64,000 nucleotides of DNA from an archaeon. GTDB lineage: Archaea > Nanobdellota > Nanobdellia > Pacearchaeales > GW2011-AR1. Each line of letters begins with the position of its first letter. The first letter of the stretch is position 1. Positions 9,335-18,298 of this stretch are shown piece after piece. The notes under the pieces were generated by a model, which ran no database searches, was not told where the DNA came from, and saw only the letters and a list, made by a program, of their open reading frames with translations. Made by a program: the position numbers and the translations under genes. Location of the stretch: assembly GCA_018694115.1 (NCBI GenBank), contig JABHNB010000009.1:11116-75115 (forward strand), read 5' to 3'.

Positions 9335-10789
9335 ATGGTAGGACTTGAACAAGAATTAAAATCGAAAGTGAGGGGGCTTTGGGATAAGTTTTGGAGTGGT
9401 GGAATTTCTAATCCGCTTCAGGCGATTGAGCAGATTTCTTATTTAATGTATATGAAAAAGCTTGAGGATAAAGATGTTTTGGAAGAACAGAATGCTATTC
9501 TAAAGGGTGAGAAATTTAAGTCTATTTTCGAAAAACATAAAGATTGTCGATGGAGTGAGTGGTCGCAGTATTCTTCGGATAAAATTTTAGATCATGTTCG
9601 AGATGTTGTATTTAAGTTTATGAGGGAATTAGGAGATGAAGATACACTTTACTCAGAATACATGAAGGATGCTACTTTTTCTTTGCCTACTGCTTCGCTA
9701 TTGATTGAGTCTGTGAATATAATTAATGATATGCACATCAAGGAGCAGAATCAAGATACACAAGGAGATATTTATGAGTATTTGCTTTCGGAGTTATCTA
9801 CGGCTGGGAAGAATGGGCAGTTTAGGACGCCGAGACATATTATTCAGATGATGACTGAGCTTGCTAATCCGGAGTTTGGCGATAGAATTATGGATCCAGC
9901 TTGTGGGACTGCGGGGTTTTTGGTTAGTGCGTATGAGCATATTTTGAAAGTAAACAAGAAAGGTGGGGTTAGTACGTTTACACCAAGTAAGAAAAAGATT
10001 TTGGATGAAGATACTTTTTATGGATATGATATTGATAGAACGATGGTTCGAATTGCATTGATGAATTTGATGATGCATGGGATAACTAATCCAAAAATTT
10101 CTCGGACAGATACTTTGTCCAAGAGATATAATGAGAACGGGACTTATGATATAATCTTAGCGAATCCTCCATTCAAGGGGTCGATTGATGTTAGTGAGCA
10201 AAGTGACGAGTTTACTGTTAAGACTAAGAAGACTGAATTGTTGTTTTTGGAATTAATGCATAACTCTTTGTCTAATGGTGGAAGGTGTGCTGTGATTATT
10301 CCTGATGGCGTTTTGTTTGGTAATTCTAATGCACATCAAGGAATTAGAAAGATGTTACTAGAAGACTGTCGACTTGATGCGGTTATCTCTATGCCCTCAG
10401 GAATCTTTAAACCATATGCTGGTGTTTCTACTGCAGTTTTATATTTTACAAAGGGTGAGCCAACAAAGGAAGTTTGGTTTTATGATATGCAGGCTGATGG
10501 ATATAGTTTGGATGATAAAAGGAATAAGATTGAGGCGAATGATATTCCGGATATTTTGGAGAGTTTTAAGAATCGAAAGAAAGAAGATAATACTGACAGG
10601 AAGGCTAAGCATTTTATTGTTCCGGTGGAAGAGATTAAGGAGAATAATTTTGATTTGAGTTTGTCTAAGTACAAGGAGCATGTATACGCGGAAGAAGTTT
10701 ATCGGGAGCCTGGAGTTATTTTAGAAGAGATTGGGAAGACTCATGTTGAATTGAGTAAGGATATTGAAGATTTGAAGAAGTTGGTTTGA
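9335..10789 (+). CDS. hsdM: Type I restriction-modification N6-adenine DNA methyltransferase (HsdM)
   Basis: N6-MTase motif IV ILANPPF. SAM-binding motif I DPACGTAGFL. N-terminal HsdM_N-like region. 484 aa. Confidence 0.9.
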   Translation: MVGLEQELKSKVRGLWDKFWSGGISNPLQAIEQISYLMYMKKLEDKDVLEEQNAILKGEKFKSIFEKHKDCRWSEWSQYSSDKILDHVRDVVFKFMRELGDEDTLYSEYMKDATFSLPTASLLIESVNIINDMHIKEQNQDTQGDIYEYLLSELSTAGKNGQFRTPRHIIQMMTELANPEFGDRIMDPACGTAGFLVSAYEHILKVNKKGGVSTFTPSKKKILDEDTFYGYDIDRTMVRIALMNLMMHGITNPKISRTDTLSKRYNENGTYDIILANPPFKGSIDVSEQSDEFTVKTKKTELLFLELMHNSLSNGGRCAVIIPDGVLFGNSNAHQGIRKMLLEDCRLDAVISMPSGIFKPYAGVSTAVLYFTKGEPTKEVWFYDMQADGYSLDDKRNKIEANDIPDILESFKNRKKEDNTDRKAKHFIVPVEEIKENNFDLSLSKYKEHVYAEEVYREPGVILEEIGKTHVELSKDIEDLKKLV

Positions 10790-11944
10790 TTAATTTAAAC
10801 TGACAACCAGCTCCCCCTTCTTAACAAACTCCAGAATCTCTTTCATTTGACCTTCTAACATTCCAACTCTCTCAAGCAAAACTTCTTTCTCATTCTCAGA
10901 TTTTAGTAGCCTCTGTTCAATCTCAGTCTTCGTCACATCAACCAACATATCTTCTTCGCTAATGGTGTCCACCATCCCGAGGAATTCTGAATAGTAATGA
11001 ATTTTGTCTGATTCCTTCCATCCGAATCTATACTTCAATGAACTTTCTGATTTATACCTTGGAAGCCAATAGCAACATGAACAGTGCCTGAAGTGGTACA
11101 TTGTTAGCTCGGAATATTTCTTTCCAGCTAGACTCATTTTGTCCCCTAGGACTTTCTTAGCGAGCCTCTGGAGATACTTATTGACAGATGTGGGCTTGAT
11201 ATCAAATACTCTGTCGTCTGGTCCGATACCCATTATCTTAATGTATTCTTTTATCATGCTAGAACAAAACATTAATTTTATTCGTCTTCCAAAAGTCTTA
11301 CTTATCTCATCTCTAACTTCGACTTCCTTGAAATCTTTATGAAAATCCGAGGTCTTAATGTTGATTAGTTCGCTTGGACTTCTGACCCCTGAGTCGTAGA
11401 GAAACATTATGATCATTCGATAATTATATTTTGCATTATCACAAAGCTGCTTGATTTGCTCTTCGGTTAGATAAACCCACTTCGGTTTTTCTCTGGAAGT
11501 ATCAAGATCTTCGGCTATATCTATTATCTTCGAGCCTTTTTTCTTTTCAACTTTAATGTGCCAGTGCCAAAAAGATTTGAACACTTTGACATAATCTGCA
11601 ACGGATTTATATATTCCTCCTTGTTTTTTTTGAATCTTGCCATTTCGCATATCATTGAAAAAAACAAAGATTTGTTCTTCTGATATGACTCTTATATCCT
11701 TGATATTAAATCTTTCTTCAAATTCTTTGACGATAAAAACCATTCTTTGTCGAATGTTATTTAGTCTGGCATAGCTTCTGGCTCCTTTGATGCTACTTTT
11801 AGAGATATTGAGTCCTCTTTCCATGTCTAATATGTATTTTAGGATTATGTCAGAGCTAGCCTTGCTAATATCCGGGATTCTTCCCTTTATTTTTTCTATC
11901 CAGTTGAAATATCTTTGTTTGTTTTTTTGTGGATCTACTTTCAT
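10790..11944 (-). CDS. Tyrosine recombinase / integrase (phage-integrase family)
   Basis: C-terminal box II YHFRHCSCCYWL (HxxRH) and a downstream Tyr-containing IHYYSE. N-terminal SAM-like domain. Sits 84 bp from the 3' end of tRNA-Glu. Confidence 0.65.
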   Translation of the reverse strand: MKVDPQKNKQRYFNWIEKIKGRIPDISKASSDIILKYILDMERGLNISKSSIKGARSYARLNNIRQRMVFIVKEFEERFNIKDIRVISEEQIFVFFNDMRNGKIQKKQGGIYKSVADYVKVFKSFWHWHIKVEKKKGSKIIDIAEDLDTSREKPKWVYLTEEQIKQLCDNAKYNYRMIIMFLYDSGVRSPSELINIKTSDFHKDFKEVEVRDEISKTFGRRIKLMFCSSMIKEYIKIMGIGPDDRVFDIKPTSVNKYLQRLAKKVLGDKMSLAGKKYSELTMYHFRHCSCCYWLPRYKSESSLKYRFGWKESDKIHYYSEFLGMVDTISEEDMLVDVTKTEIEQRLLKSENEKEVLLERVGMLEGQMKEILEFVKKGELVVSLN

Positions 11945-12028
11945 GATTTATCAAGGCTGACCATCTTAAAAGACGGTTTGTATAGTTCTTGTAAAATCGC
12001 ACCCCAGAAATTAGACAGAATATGCGGA

Positions 12029-12101
12029 CGCTCCCGCCGGGATTTGAACCCGGGTCACTGCCGTGAAAGGGCAGCATCCTTGGCCACTAGACTACGAGAG
12101 C
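12029..12101 (-). tRNA. tRNA-Glu (anticodon UUC)
   Basis: Manual fold of GCUCUCG-UA-GUCU...CUGCC-CUUUCAC-GGCAG-UGAC-CCGGG-UUCAAAU-CCCGG-CGGGAGC-G. Acceptor stem 7 bp, T-loop UUCAAAU, anticodon loop CUUUCAC. Confidence 0.8.
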
Positions 12102-12281
12102 ACTACTCGCGTGGTCTTCATGAAACGGTAAACCGTTACTTTAGACTACGAGAGCATGTCTTTATTCACCAATTTTCACTTTTAAAGCTTACGCATCATC
12201 AAATAATCTCCCGGCCGTCGTTACTGATACCTCCCTAAAATGAATCAAAACACATAAAAAGCAACAAATCCCTTAAATCCT

Positions 12282-13253
12282 ATGGCAGAATCGAAGACCG
12301 AATCTAAAGATAAGCCAAAAATTAATGATTTAATTTTCAAAGAGCTTATCAAACGAGGATATTCCCTAGAAGGAAATACGCGAATCTGGAATATCGCTGA
12401 TTCTAAGTTATGGTATTTAACACCCGGACAAGCACAAGCATTTCTGGATCTTGAAAAATCAGAGAACTATGATCTTAATATTATCAAGAAAGAAATAAAA
12501 TTAATCAATGATAATATGCCGGAGATTCTTAATAAGGTAAAAGAAACCCCCCTGAACATTATTGATCTTGGTTGTGGGGACGGAAAAAAGGCAGTCATCT
12601 TCACTGAGAAACTTAAGGGAAATGTGAAATTAAGATACTGTCCTGTAGATATTAGTGGATACATGGTAGAGAAGGCTCTCAAAAATATCCGAGGATTAGA
12701 TGCTGGAGAGGTAGTAGAATTCCAATGGAACATTTCCGATTTCGAAAATATCCAAAATATAACGGGACTACTCAGACAAGGAGAATTCAAGAAAAATCTT
12801 ATTCTGCTTCTTGGAAATACTTTGGGAAACTTTGAGATTAATGAATTGTTATACGAAATTAGAAGTTCGATGAAAGGTGGAGATTTCCTACTTATCGGAA
12901 ATGGATTAAGTACTGTAAATCCTGAAGATCTCCTTAAGACATATACTACTGATGAGGTAAATAATTTCTTGATCAAGATTCCACAACAGCTGGGCCTAAA
13001 TGAGAAAGAAGTAGAATTTGGGACTCGGTTTAAGAACTCCCGTATTGAACTTTATTATACTATAAAGCAAGATAAGAATCTTGAATTTCAGGGAAAAAGG
13101 GTTCACTTTAATGAGGGTGATCAGATTATTGTCTCAGTATCCTACCATTATAATCGAGAAGATTTCATAAGTTTCCTAAACCTATATTTTGATGACGTGC
13201 TTGTAAAAGTTTCAGAAGATGGATCTTACGCATTAGCACTTTGTAAAAAGTAA
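12282..13253 (+). CDS. SAM-dependent methyltransferase, EgtD-like (Methyltransf_33-type)
   Basis: Motif I IIDLGCGDGKKAVIF and a downstream LLLGNTLGNF motif resembling the EgtD-family signature. 323 aa. Confidence 0.45.
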   Translation: MAESKTESKDKPKINDLIFKELIKRGYSLEGNTRIWNIADSKLWYLTPGQAQAFLDLEKSENYDLNIIKKEIKLINDNMPEILNKVKETPLNIIDLGCGDGKKAVIFTEKLKGNVKLRYCPVDISGYMVEKALKNIRGLDAGEVVEFQWNISDFENIQNITGLLRQGEFKKNLILLLGNTLGNFEINELLYEIRSSMKGGDFLLIGNGLSTVNPEDLLKTYTTDEVNNFLIKIPQQLGLNEKEVEFGTRFKNSRIELYYTIKQDKNLEFQGKRVHFNEGDQIIVSVSYHYNREDFISFLNLYFDDVLVKVSEDGSYALALCKK

Positions 13254-13823
13254 CTAACTAAATAATCTTTTACGCGGCTCCCCGACCTTACTACAATCTA
13301 GCTTAAACCGTGAAGTCAAGCCATGCTTCTTCAATAAAATCATATTACTTAGGACTTCTTCAGGTTTTGGGGCATGTGCAACATTTCTCCATTCCTTAGT
13401 CCGATAATGTCCAAACTTTCTTCGGAGAGTATCCATGCCTTCGTTATCTGCATACCTTGTAGGTCCAAGAATATCCTTAAGTCTCTGAGAAACATTTTCT
13501 CCCCGATAGACAATGATTCTAGGACTTCGATCCAGAGTCATGAAATCATCAATCATTGTTTCAAATCCTTCCCACTCTCGAGCTCCATCATATAATTCTT
13601 CATAGAAATCTCGGCTAAGTTCTGGAACTGCAATTTCATTATTCGCAACAAATCCTCCACCATTCTCAAGCGCATCTTCAGTAAAGGAAATAACTTCTTG
13701 TTCCGTCTTGCGATCATACCACGGCTTGGTCATAAGAAGTGTAGTGTGTGGCAATGTAACAGTTTTAACAAGATGATTCTTTGCAGCCCATAAATCTTCT
13801 GAGGATATATATTCATCTTCCAT
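13254..13823 (-). CDS. Conserved hypothetical protein
   Basis: 189 aa ORF with good coding signal but no recognisable motif. A possible H-T-T-L motif was not confirmed as 2H phosphoesterase. Confidence 0.4.
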   Translation of the reverse strand: MEDEYISSEDLWAAKNHLVKTVTLPHTTLLMTKPWYDRKTEQEVISFTEDALENGGGFVANNEIAVPELSRDFYEELYDGAREWEGFETMIDDFMTLDRSPRIIVYRGENVSQRLKDILGPTRYADNEGMDTLRRKFGHYRTKEWRNVAHAPKPEEVLSNMILLKKHGLTSRFKLDCSKVGEPRKRLFS

Positions 13824-13933
13824 AATTTTCTAGAATAATCTGGGTTTATATCTATTTCTATCTTCTAGGCGGGTCTACTAAGCACTTCGTAAGTACCCTT
13901 CGGGCGATTTGAACTCAGAGTTCAATCTTACCA

Positions 13934-14051
13934 TGAGCCTACGGAGATTTGAACTCCGGACCTCTGGCTCTCTTCGAGTGAAGTGAGCTAACGTTCTAGC
14001 GAACATCCATCTTATAAGACCAGCGCTCTAACCTGGCTGAGCTATAGGCTC
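13934..14051 (-). tRNA. Intron-containing tRNA; manual fold gives anticodon UAU (tRNA-Ile UAU) with an intron of about 43 nt after position 37
   Basis: Acceptor GAGCCUA/UAGGCUC. D-stem GCUC/GAGC. Anticodon stem CUGGU/GCCAG with loop CUUAUAA interrupted by the insert. T-arm CGGAG-UUCAAAU-CUCCG. Discriminator A. Confidence 0.55.
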
Positions 14052-14103
14052 CTAGTAGTCCACAATAAAAAAGATATAAAAACCTTCCCCCCGCACTAAT
14101 TAT

Positions 14104-15285
14104 ATGCTACTTGGACTAGTTGGGAAGCCTTCCTGCGGGAAATCGACATTCTTTAAGGCAGCAACGCTTTCAGACGTTTTAATCGCTTCATACCCCTTTG
14201 CAACAATAAAACCTAACCACGGGATCGGATACGTGCGTGTTGAAGCTCTCTGTAAGGAACTCGGGGTAAAATGCAATCCACGAACAGGATATTGCACTGG
14301 AGAGACACGATTTGTCCCCGTAGAGCTTATGGATGTAGCAGGTTTAGTCGAAGGAGCATCCGAAGGAAAGGGATTGGGGAATCAATTCTTAGATGATTTA
14401 AGGAAGGCAGATGTCTTCATGCATATTGTAGACATTTCTGGGACAACCGATGCGGAAGGAAAGGAAGGACAAGGAGATCCAGTAGCAGACGTAAAAATGT
14501 TAGAGAACGAACTAGACAAGTGGTATCGGGGAATTCTTGCAAAGGTTTGGCATAAACTTTCCAGAACAATCCAAACATCAAAACAAGATTTTGCAGCAAC
14601 AATCGCAAAACAATTTTCTGGATTAAAGGTGGATGAAGATGATGTGAAAGATGTTACACTAAAATTAAAACTCGATCCAGAAAAGCCTGCAGACTGGTCG
14701 GAAGAAGATCTAGCGAAATTTGCAACAACCCTAAGGCATATGACTAAACCAATGATAATCGCAGCAAATAAGGTAGACAAACCAAATTCAAAAGAAAATT
14801 TAGAAAGACTAAAACAAGAATATCCCGATCTTATGGTCATCCCGTGCTCCGCAGATAGCGAGCTTGCATTAAGGGAAGCAGCCCAACACGAATTAATTGA
14901 GTACATTCCTGGAGAGAAAACCTTCAAAATAAATGAAGACAAAATAAACGAAAAACAAAAAGCTGCATTACAATCAATTCAAAAAAACGTCCTTGACGTA
15001 TTTGGATCAACCGGAGTTCAAGATGTTCTAGACAAGGCAGTTTTCGATCTTCTAAAGTACATCGCTATTTTTCCAGCCGGATCAAAACTCGCAGATAGTA
15101 AGGGTAACGTTCTGCCAGATTGTTTCCTTCTTCCAGAAGGTTCAACAGCCCTAGATTTCGCTTACCACCTCCACACAGACATTGGAGATGGTTTCATAAA
15201 AGCAGTTGATGTAAGAACAAAACAACCAGTAGGAAAAGATCATCCGTTAAAGAATCGAGATGGTATTGAGATTATGACAAAGTGA
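14104..15285 (+). CDS. ychF: Obg-like ATPase/GTPase of YchF/OLA1 type with C-terminal TGS domain
   Basis: G1 GLVGKPSCGKSTFF. G3 DVAGLV. Central coiled-coil insertion. C-terminal TGS-like region. 393 aa. Confidence 0.7.
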   Translation: MLLGLVGKPSCGKSTFFKAATLSDVLIASYPFATIKPNHGIGYVRVEALCKELGVKCNPRTGYCTGETRFVPVELMDVAGLVEGASEGKGLGNQFLDDLRKADVFMHIVDISGTTDAEGKEGQGDPVADVKMLENELDKWYRGILAKVWHKLSRTIQTSKQDFAATIAKQFSGLKVDEDDVKDVTLKLKLDPEKPADWSEEDLAKFATTLRHMTKPMIIAANKVDKPNSKENLERLKQEYPDLMVIPCSADSELALREAAQHELIEYIPGEKTFKINEDKINEKQKAALQSIQKNVLDVFGSTGVQDVLDKAVFDLLKYIAIFPAGSKLADSKGNVLPDCFLLPEGSTALDFAYHLHTDIGDGFIKAVDVRTKQPVGKDHPLKNRDGIEIMTK

Positions 15286-15384
15286 TTCCATCGAGGCGAG
15301 ATGGTGAATGATTTGCTCTTGAACAAGATTAAAAATACTCCAGAGCAAATTATGAATTTGAGATTATGACAAAGTAAGAATTTT

Positions 15385-15876
15385 CTAAACATGTCCTGGA
15401 CAAAGCACATCATAATCAAGACCCCTTAACAAGGCTAAACTTTCATCCATCTTCTCTGGTTCGCTCTCTTCTAAATCTCTCCTACCGATCCCACTTCCGT
15501 GAAAAAGCGTATCTCCTGAAAATAAAAATTTCTTGTACAAAAGAGCAATACTATCAAAGGTATGTCCTGGGCAACGGAAAACTTTCATCCCTTCAATCTC
15601 CAAATCATCAATATTTTCATTATTAAAGATCTCAGCGTTGGAGAAAACTCCCGCATTTTCAACATGATCCCAATGTGTATGTGTTAAAATCAAGGTATCA
15701 ACACTTGCAGGATCAATCTTTAGCTTATCCAAATCTTCAAGCAACTCTTCCTTATTCTTTTTAGTAGAAGTATCAATAATAACCTTTCTTCCATCAGCTA
15801 GCTTAAAATAATAAACACAAGAACCAAACTGAGAAAAACACATCTGAGAAATTTCATCTGAGATTATATTTATCAT
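15385..15876 (-). CDS. Metallo-beta-lactamase fold hydrolase (short form)
   Basis: HxHxDH motif [15 protein letters not shown] plus downstream His and Asp residues. Confidence 0.65.
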   Translation of the reverse strand: MINIISDEISQMCFSQFGSCVYYFKLADGRKVIIDTSTKKNKEELLEDLDKLKIDPASVDTLILTHTHWDHVENAGVFSNAEIFNNENIDDLEIEGMKVFRCPGHTFDSIALLYKKFLFSGDTLFHGSGIGRRDLEESEPEKMDESLALLRGLDYDVLCPGHV

Positions 15877-16295
15877 TCTCCAATCACCTTAACTAAAACT
15901 CGTTTATCTCTTCGCCCATCAAATTCTCCATAAAAAATCTGTTCCCACGGCCCAAAATCTAGCTGTCCATCAGTTATAGCAACAACAACTTCTCGCCCCA
16001 TTATCGTTCTCTTCAAATGAGCATCCCCATTGACCTCTCCAGTTCGATGATGCCTATATCCGTCAGGTGTTGCCCGAGTCGGAGCCAACTTCTCAAGCCA
16101 TTCCATAAAATCTTCCTTCAACCCCGATTCTTCATCATTAATAAAAACCGAAGAAGTAATATGCATAGAATTAACAAGAGCAATGCCTTCCTTAATTCCA
16201 GAATCAATAATCGCTTCCCCAACATCTCGAGTGATATTAACAATTTCCTTCTCCTTTTCTGTCCGAATCAGAAGGTGTTTCATGAAACTTTTCAT
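15873..16295 (-). CDS. YjbQ/UPF0047 family protein (secondary thiamine-phosphate synthase-like)
   Basis: Family pattern [13 protein letters not shown]...YRHH...GDAHLK...[13 protein letters not shown]. 140 aa. Overlaps the MBL gene by 4 nt. Confidence 0.7.
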   Translation of the reverse strand: MKSFMKHLLIRTEKEKEIVNITRDVGEAIIDSGIKEGIALVNSMHITSSVFINDEESGLKEDFMEWLEKLAPTRATPDGYRHHRTGEVNGDAHLKRTIMGREVVVAITDGQLDFGPWEQIFYGEFDGRRDKRVLVKVIGE

Positions 16296-16391
16296 AAAAT
16301 CAAGACCCCAATATCCTTTATATTAATTGTTATACCAAGGCACCTCATTTCTCCCCTAAATATTTATAAACTTATTCAACCTTACCAAATT

Positions 16392-16607
16392 ATGTGGAAT
16401 AGATTAGCAATGCAGGAGAGAGAACGTCAAAATAGGTTGCGTAGACAATTAATTGCGAGTCAAATGGAGGCTCAAGGAGCAACTCCGGCAGAAATCAGTC
16501 GCGCAATAAATCCCGATCGAAAAGTTGATGATTCGCTCGGAAGGGATGAATTATATCTGAGAGAACCTTGCCACATAGATCTCCCGCCACCTTACAATCC
16601 TAATTAA
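16392..16607 (+). CDS. Small hypothetical protein (71 aa)
   Basis: Internal Met of track ORF 16017..16607. The upstream part of that ORF overlaps the YjbQ gene on the opposite strand and is unlikely to be coding. Confidence 0.3.
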   Translation: MWNRLAMQERERQNRLRRQLIASQMEAQGATPAEISRAINPDRKVDDSLGRDELYLREPCHIDLPPPYNPN

Positions 16608-16685
16608 TCTTAGCAACAACAATCAATATAAACCATCCAATCTTACCCGGATTATGACAAATAAACAAAAGGTAATCGAAATAAA

Positions 16686-17126
16686 ATGAGCATGCCCGTA
16701 TATTATGGAATTAGTCCCCTAAGTGGAAAAATTATGATCCACGCACCCGGAAGGTTTTTAGCTGCGGCAACAAATACCGAGAAGAAGGTAACTGTTTCAG
16801 TATATATCGACAGGAAACCAGTCGAAGAGGCATTCCAAAATATATTATTAAATAATGAGTATTTGAGATTCGCAGTTTTTACTGGAATGGTAACCAAATA
16901 CAAATTAGGTGATCGGAGAATAAGAGAAATGGATAAACTTGAAAGAAGGGGCCAAATTGGTAAATTGAATAAGAAAATACAGGGATACTGTATTGGGATG
17001 GTTAAACAGATGGACGCCATAACAACCTTTGTTCTAGATTCCTTAGATGATTTTGAGTTAGGTTCCAAAATGAAAAAAAATAGAAGAGATGATTCCGAAG
17101 ATCAGGGAGAATACCTTGCCCATTAA
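16686..17126 (+). CDS. Hypothetical protein
   Basis: 146 aa ORF. No motif recognised. Confidence 0.35.
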   Translation: MSMPVYYGISPLSGKIMIHAPGRFLAAATNTEKKVTVSVYIDRKPVEEAFQNILLNNEYLRFAVFTGMVTKYKLGDRRIREMDKLERRGQIGKLNKKIQGYCIGMVKQMDAITTFVLDSLDDFELGSKMKKNRRDDSEDQGEYLAH

Positions 17127-17529
17127 ATATTTTCATGCACCAGATATAAAAAAGGCGGCAGGAGAGATTGTAGAAATGCTCGGATGGAATCATATTCTTT
17201 TAGAACACGTCGCATTTATTAGGAGTCTCGGTTCAAAATCACGAGGTACAATTGCACGATGTCATGCTCTTGGGAAAGCAATGCAAATTGGAATGGGACG
17301 GGACAAAGGATTCTATCTTATCGAAGTTATTTCTAAAAGATTTGATAATCTTCCCGTCGAGGAACAGATAAAAGTTATCATTCATGAGCTCATGCATATT
17401 CCAAAATCCTTCGGAGGAGGATTTATTCATCACGACAAGGTTCATGAGCGCGCCGTAGAGAAAGTCTACCAACATTATTGTAACTTAAAGCAAGGAGAAA
17501 ATCCCGAGGAAAAAAAAGGATGGTTCTAG
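17089..17529 (+). CDS. Putative HExxH zinc metallopeptidase-like protein
   Basis: VIIHELMHIP with HExxH, followed by a further His and a Glu (HHDKVHE). 146 aa. Confidence 0.45.
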   Translation: MIPKIRENTLPIKYFHAPDIKKAAGEIVEMLGWNHILLEHVAFIRSLGSKSRGTIARCHALGKAMQIGMGRDKGFYLIEVISKRFDNLPVEEQIKVIIHELMHIPKSFGGGFIHHDKVHERAVEKVYQHYCNLKQGENPEEKKGWF

Positions 17530-17819
17530 AAAAATTTACATACTTTGTCGACGGAAAAAAGAAAACAATCGACGTAAAAAAAGTATCTATATTTTCTCCA
17601 GGACTTCTTTTCAGAAGAAAATCGCCCCCACTTCTTTTCACACTTAGAAAAGAAAAAAGTTTTTCGATCTTTTCACTTTTTTGTAAACCCTTCAAGGCAA
17701 TTTGGATTGACGAAAAGAAGCGCACAACAAAAATTGTCGACGTGAAAAATTGGAAACTCAACATCCGCGGTCATGGCAAATACTTACTAGAAATACCGAC
17801 GAGGATTACTCAAAAATGA
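17520..17819 (+). CDS. Small basic hypothetical protein
   Basis: 99 aa ORF overlapping the previous stop. Confidence 0.3.
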   Translation: MVLEKFTYFVDGKKKTIDVKKVSIFSPGLLFRRKSPPLLFTLRKEKSFSIFSLFCKPFKAIWIDEKKRTTKIVDVKNWKLNIRGHGKYLLEIPTRITQK

Positions 17820-17913
17820 TAAAACTGCCTCGATAATCGGGGCGAAACATTTAAATAGAAAACCGATCTAAGAGGATTGAATCTTTAGAAGAGGTAAAAA
17901 GGAGGTTATAAAC

Positions 17914-18090
17914 ATGGGAAAAATTATCGCTAAAAACGTCGTTGAACGAAAATCTGGATTTCTATATTATGTAGATGGAAAGGGAAACGTTTGCGAGGCT
18001 AAGATGGCTCGAGGTGGAAAGAAGAAAAAGAAAGCCGCTAAGAAACCAGCAAAGAAGAAGCCAACTGCTAAGAAGAAAAAGAAGAAGTAA
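17914..18090 (+). CDS. Small Lys-rich protein (58 aa) with KOW/SH3-like N-terminus and poly-Lys tail
   Basis: Strong SD AGGAGG 8 nt upstream of the ATG. MGKIIAKNVVERKSGFLYYVDGKGNVCEAKMARGGKKKKK.... Absent from the track at under 60 aa. Confidence 0.45.
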   Translation: MGKIIAKNVVERKSGFLYYVDGKGNVCEAKMARGGKKKKKAAKKPAKKKPTAKKKKKK

Positions 18091-18130
18091 TTCTTCACAA
18101 CTATTATTAATTTTTTAATTTATCACATTC

Positions 18131-18168
18131 AATGAATCTCCCACGTTAGGGAGCTTGGGAGATTCATT
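18131..18168. terminator. Perfect 13-bp inverted repeat hairpin (aatgaatctccca / tgggagattcatt, 12-nt loop) between two convergent genes
   Basis: Seen directly. Preceded by a T-rich run at 18107-18121. Sits between the convergent genes 17914..18090 (+) and 18299..19030 (-). Confidence 0.4.
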
Positions 18169-18298
18169 ATAACTTGCCGAGCTTGTTTGGTTTATCAAAT
18201 GCCATCTAGGCACGAGGTACACCATTGGGTGTTATATTCAATCTCTTCCGATTTAGAAACCTAATCTTTTTATCTGTCGTATTATATTTAGGTATTAC

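Noticed and set aside
11865-12238. Track ORFs 11865..12077 (-) and 11915..12238 (+) overlapping tRNA-Glu
   Set aside because: They span a tRNA gene and intergenic DNA, have no coding periodicity, and the tRNA fold is clear.
13861-13933. Possible second tRNA or split tRNA half upstream of the intron-containing tRNA (T-arm-like gatttgaactc / gagttcaatc hairpin)
   Set aside because: Only a T-arm-like hairpin can be folded, with no acceptor or anticodon arms. It is more likely a processing or terminator structure. Mentioned in findings only as a side note.
16017-16391. 5' part of the 196-aa track ORF 16017..16607
   Set aside because: It overlaps the YjbQ gene on the opposite strand. Only the C-terminal 71 codons after an internal Met lie in free intergenic space.
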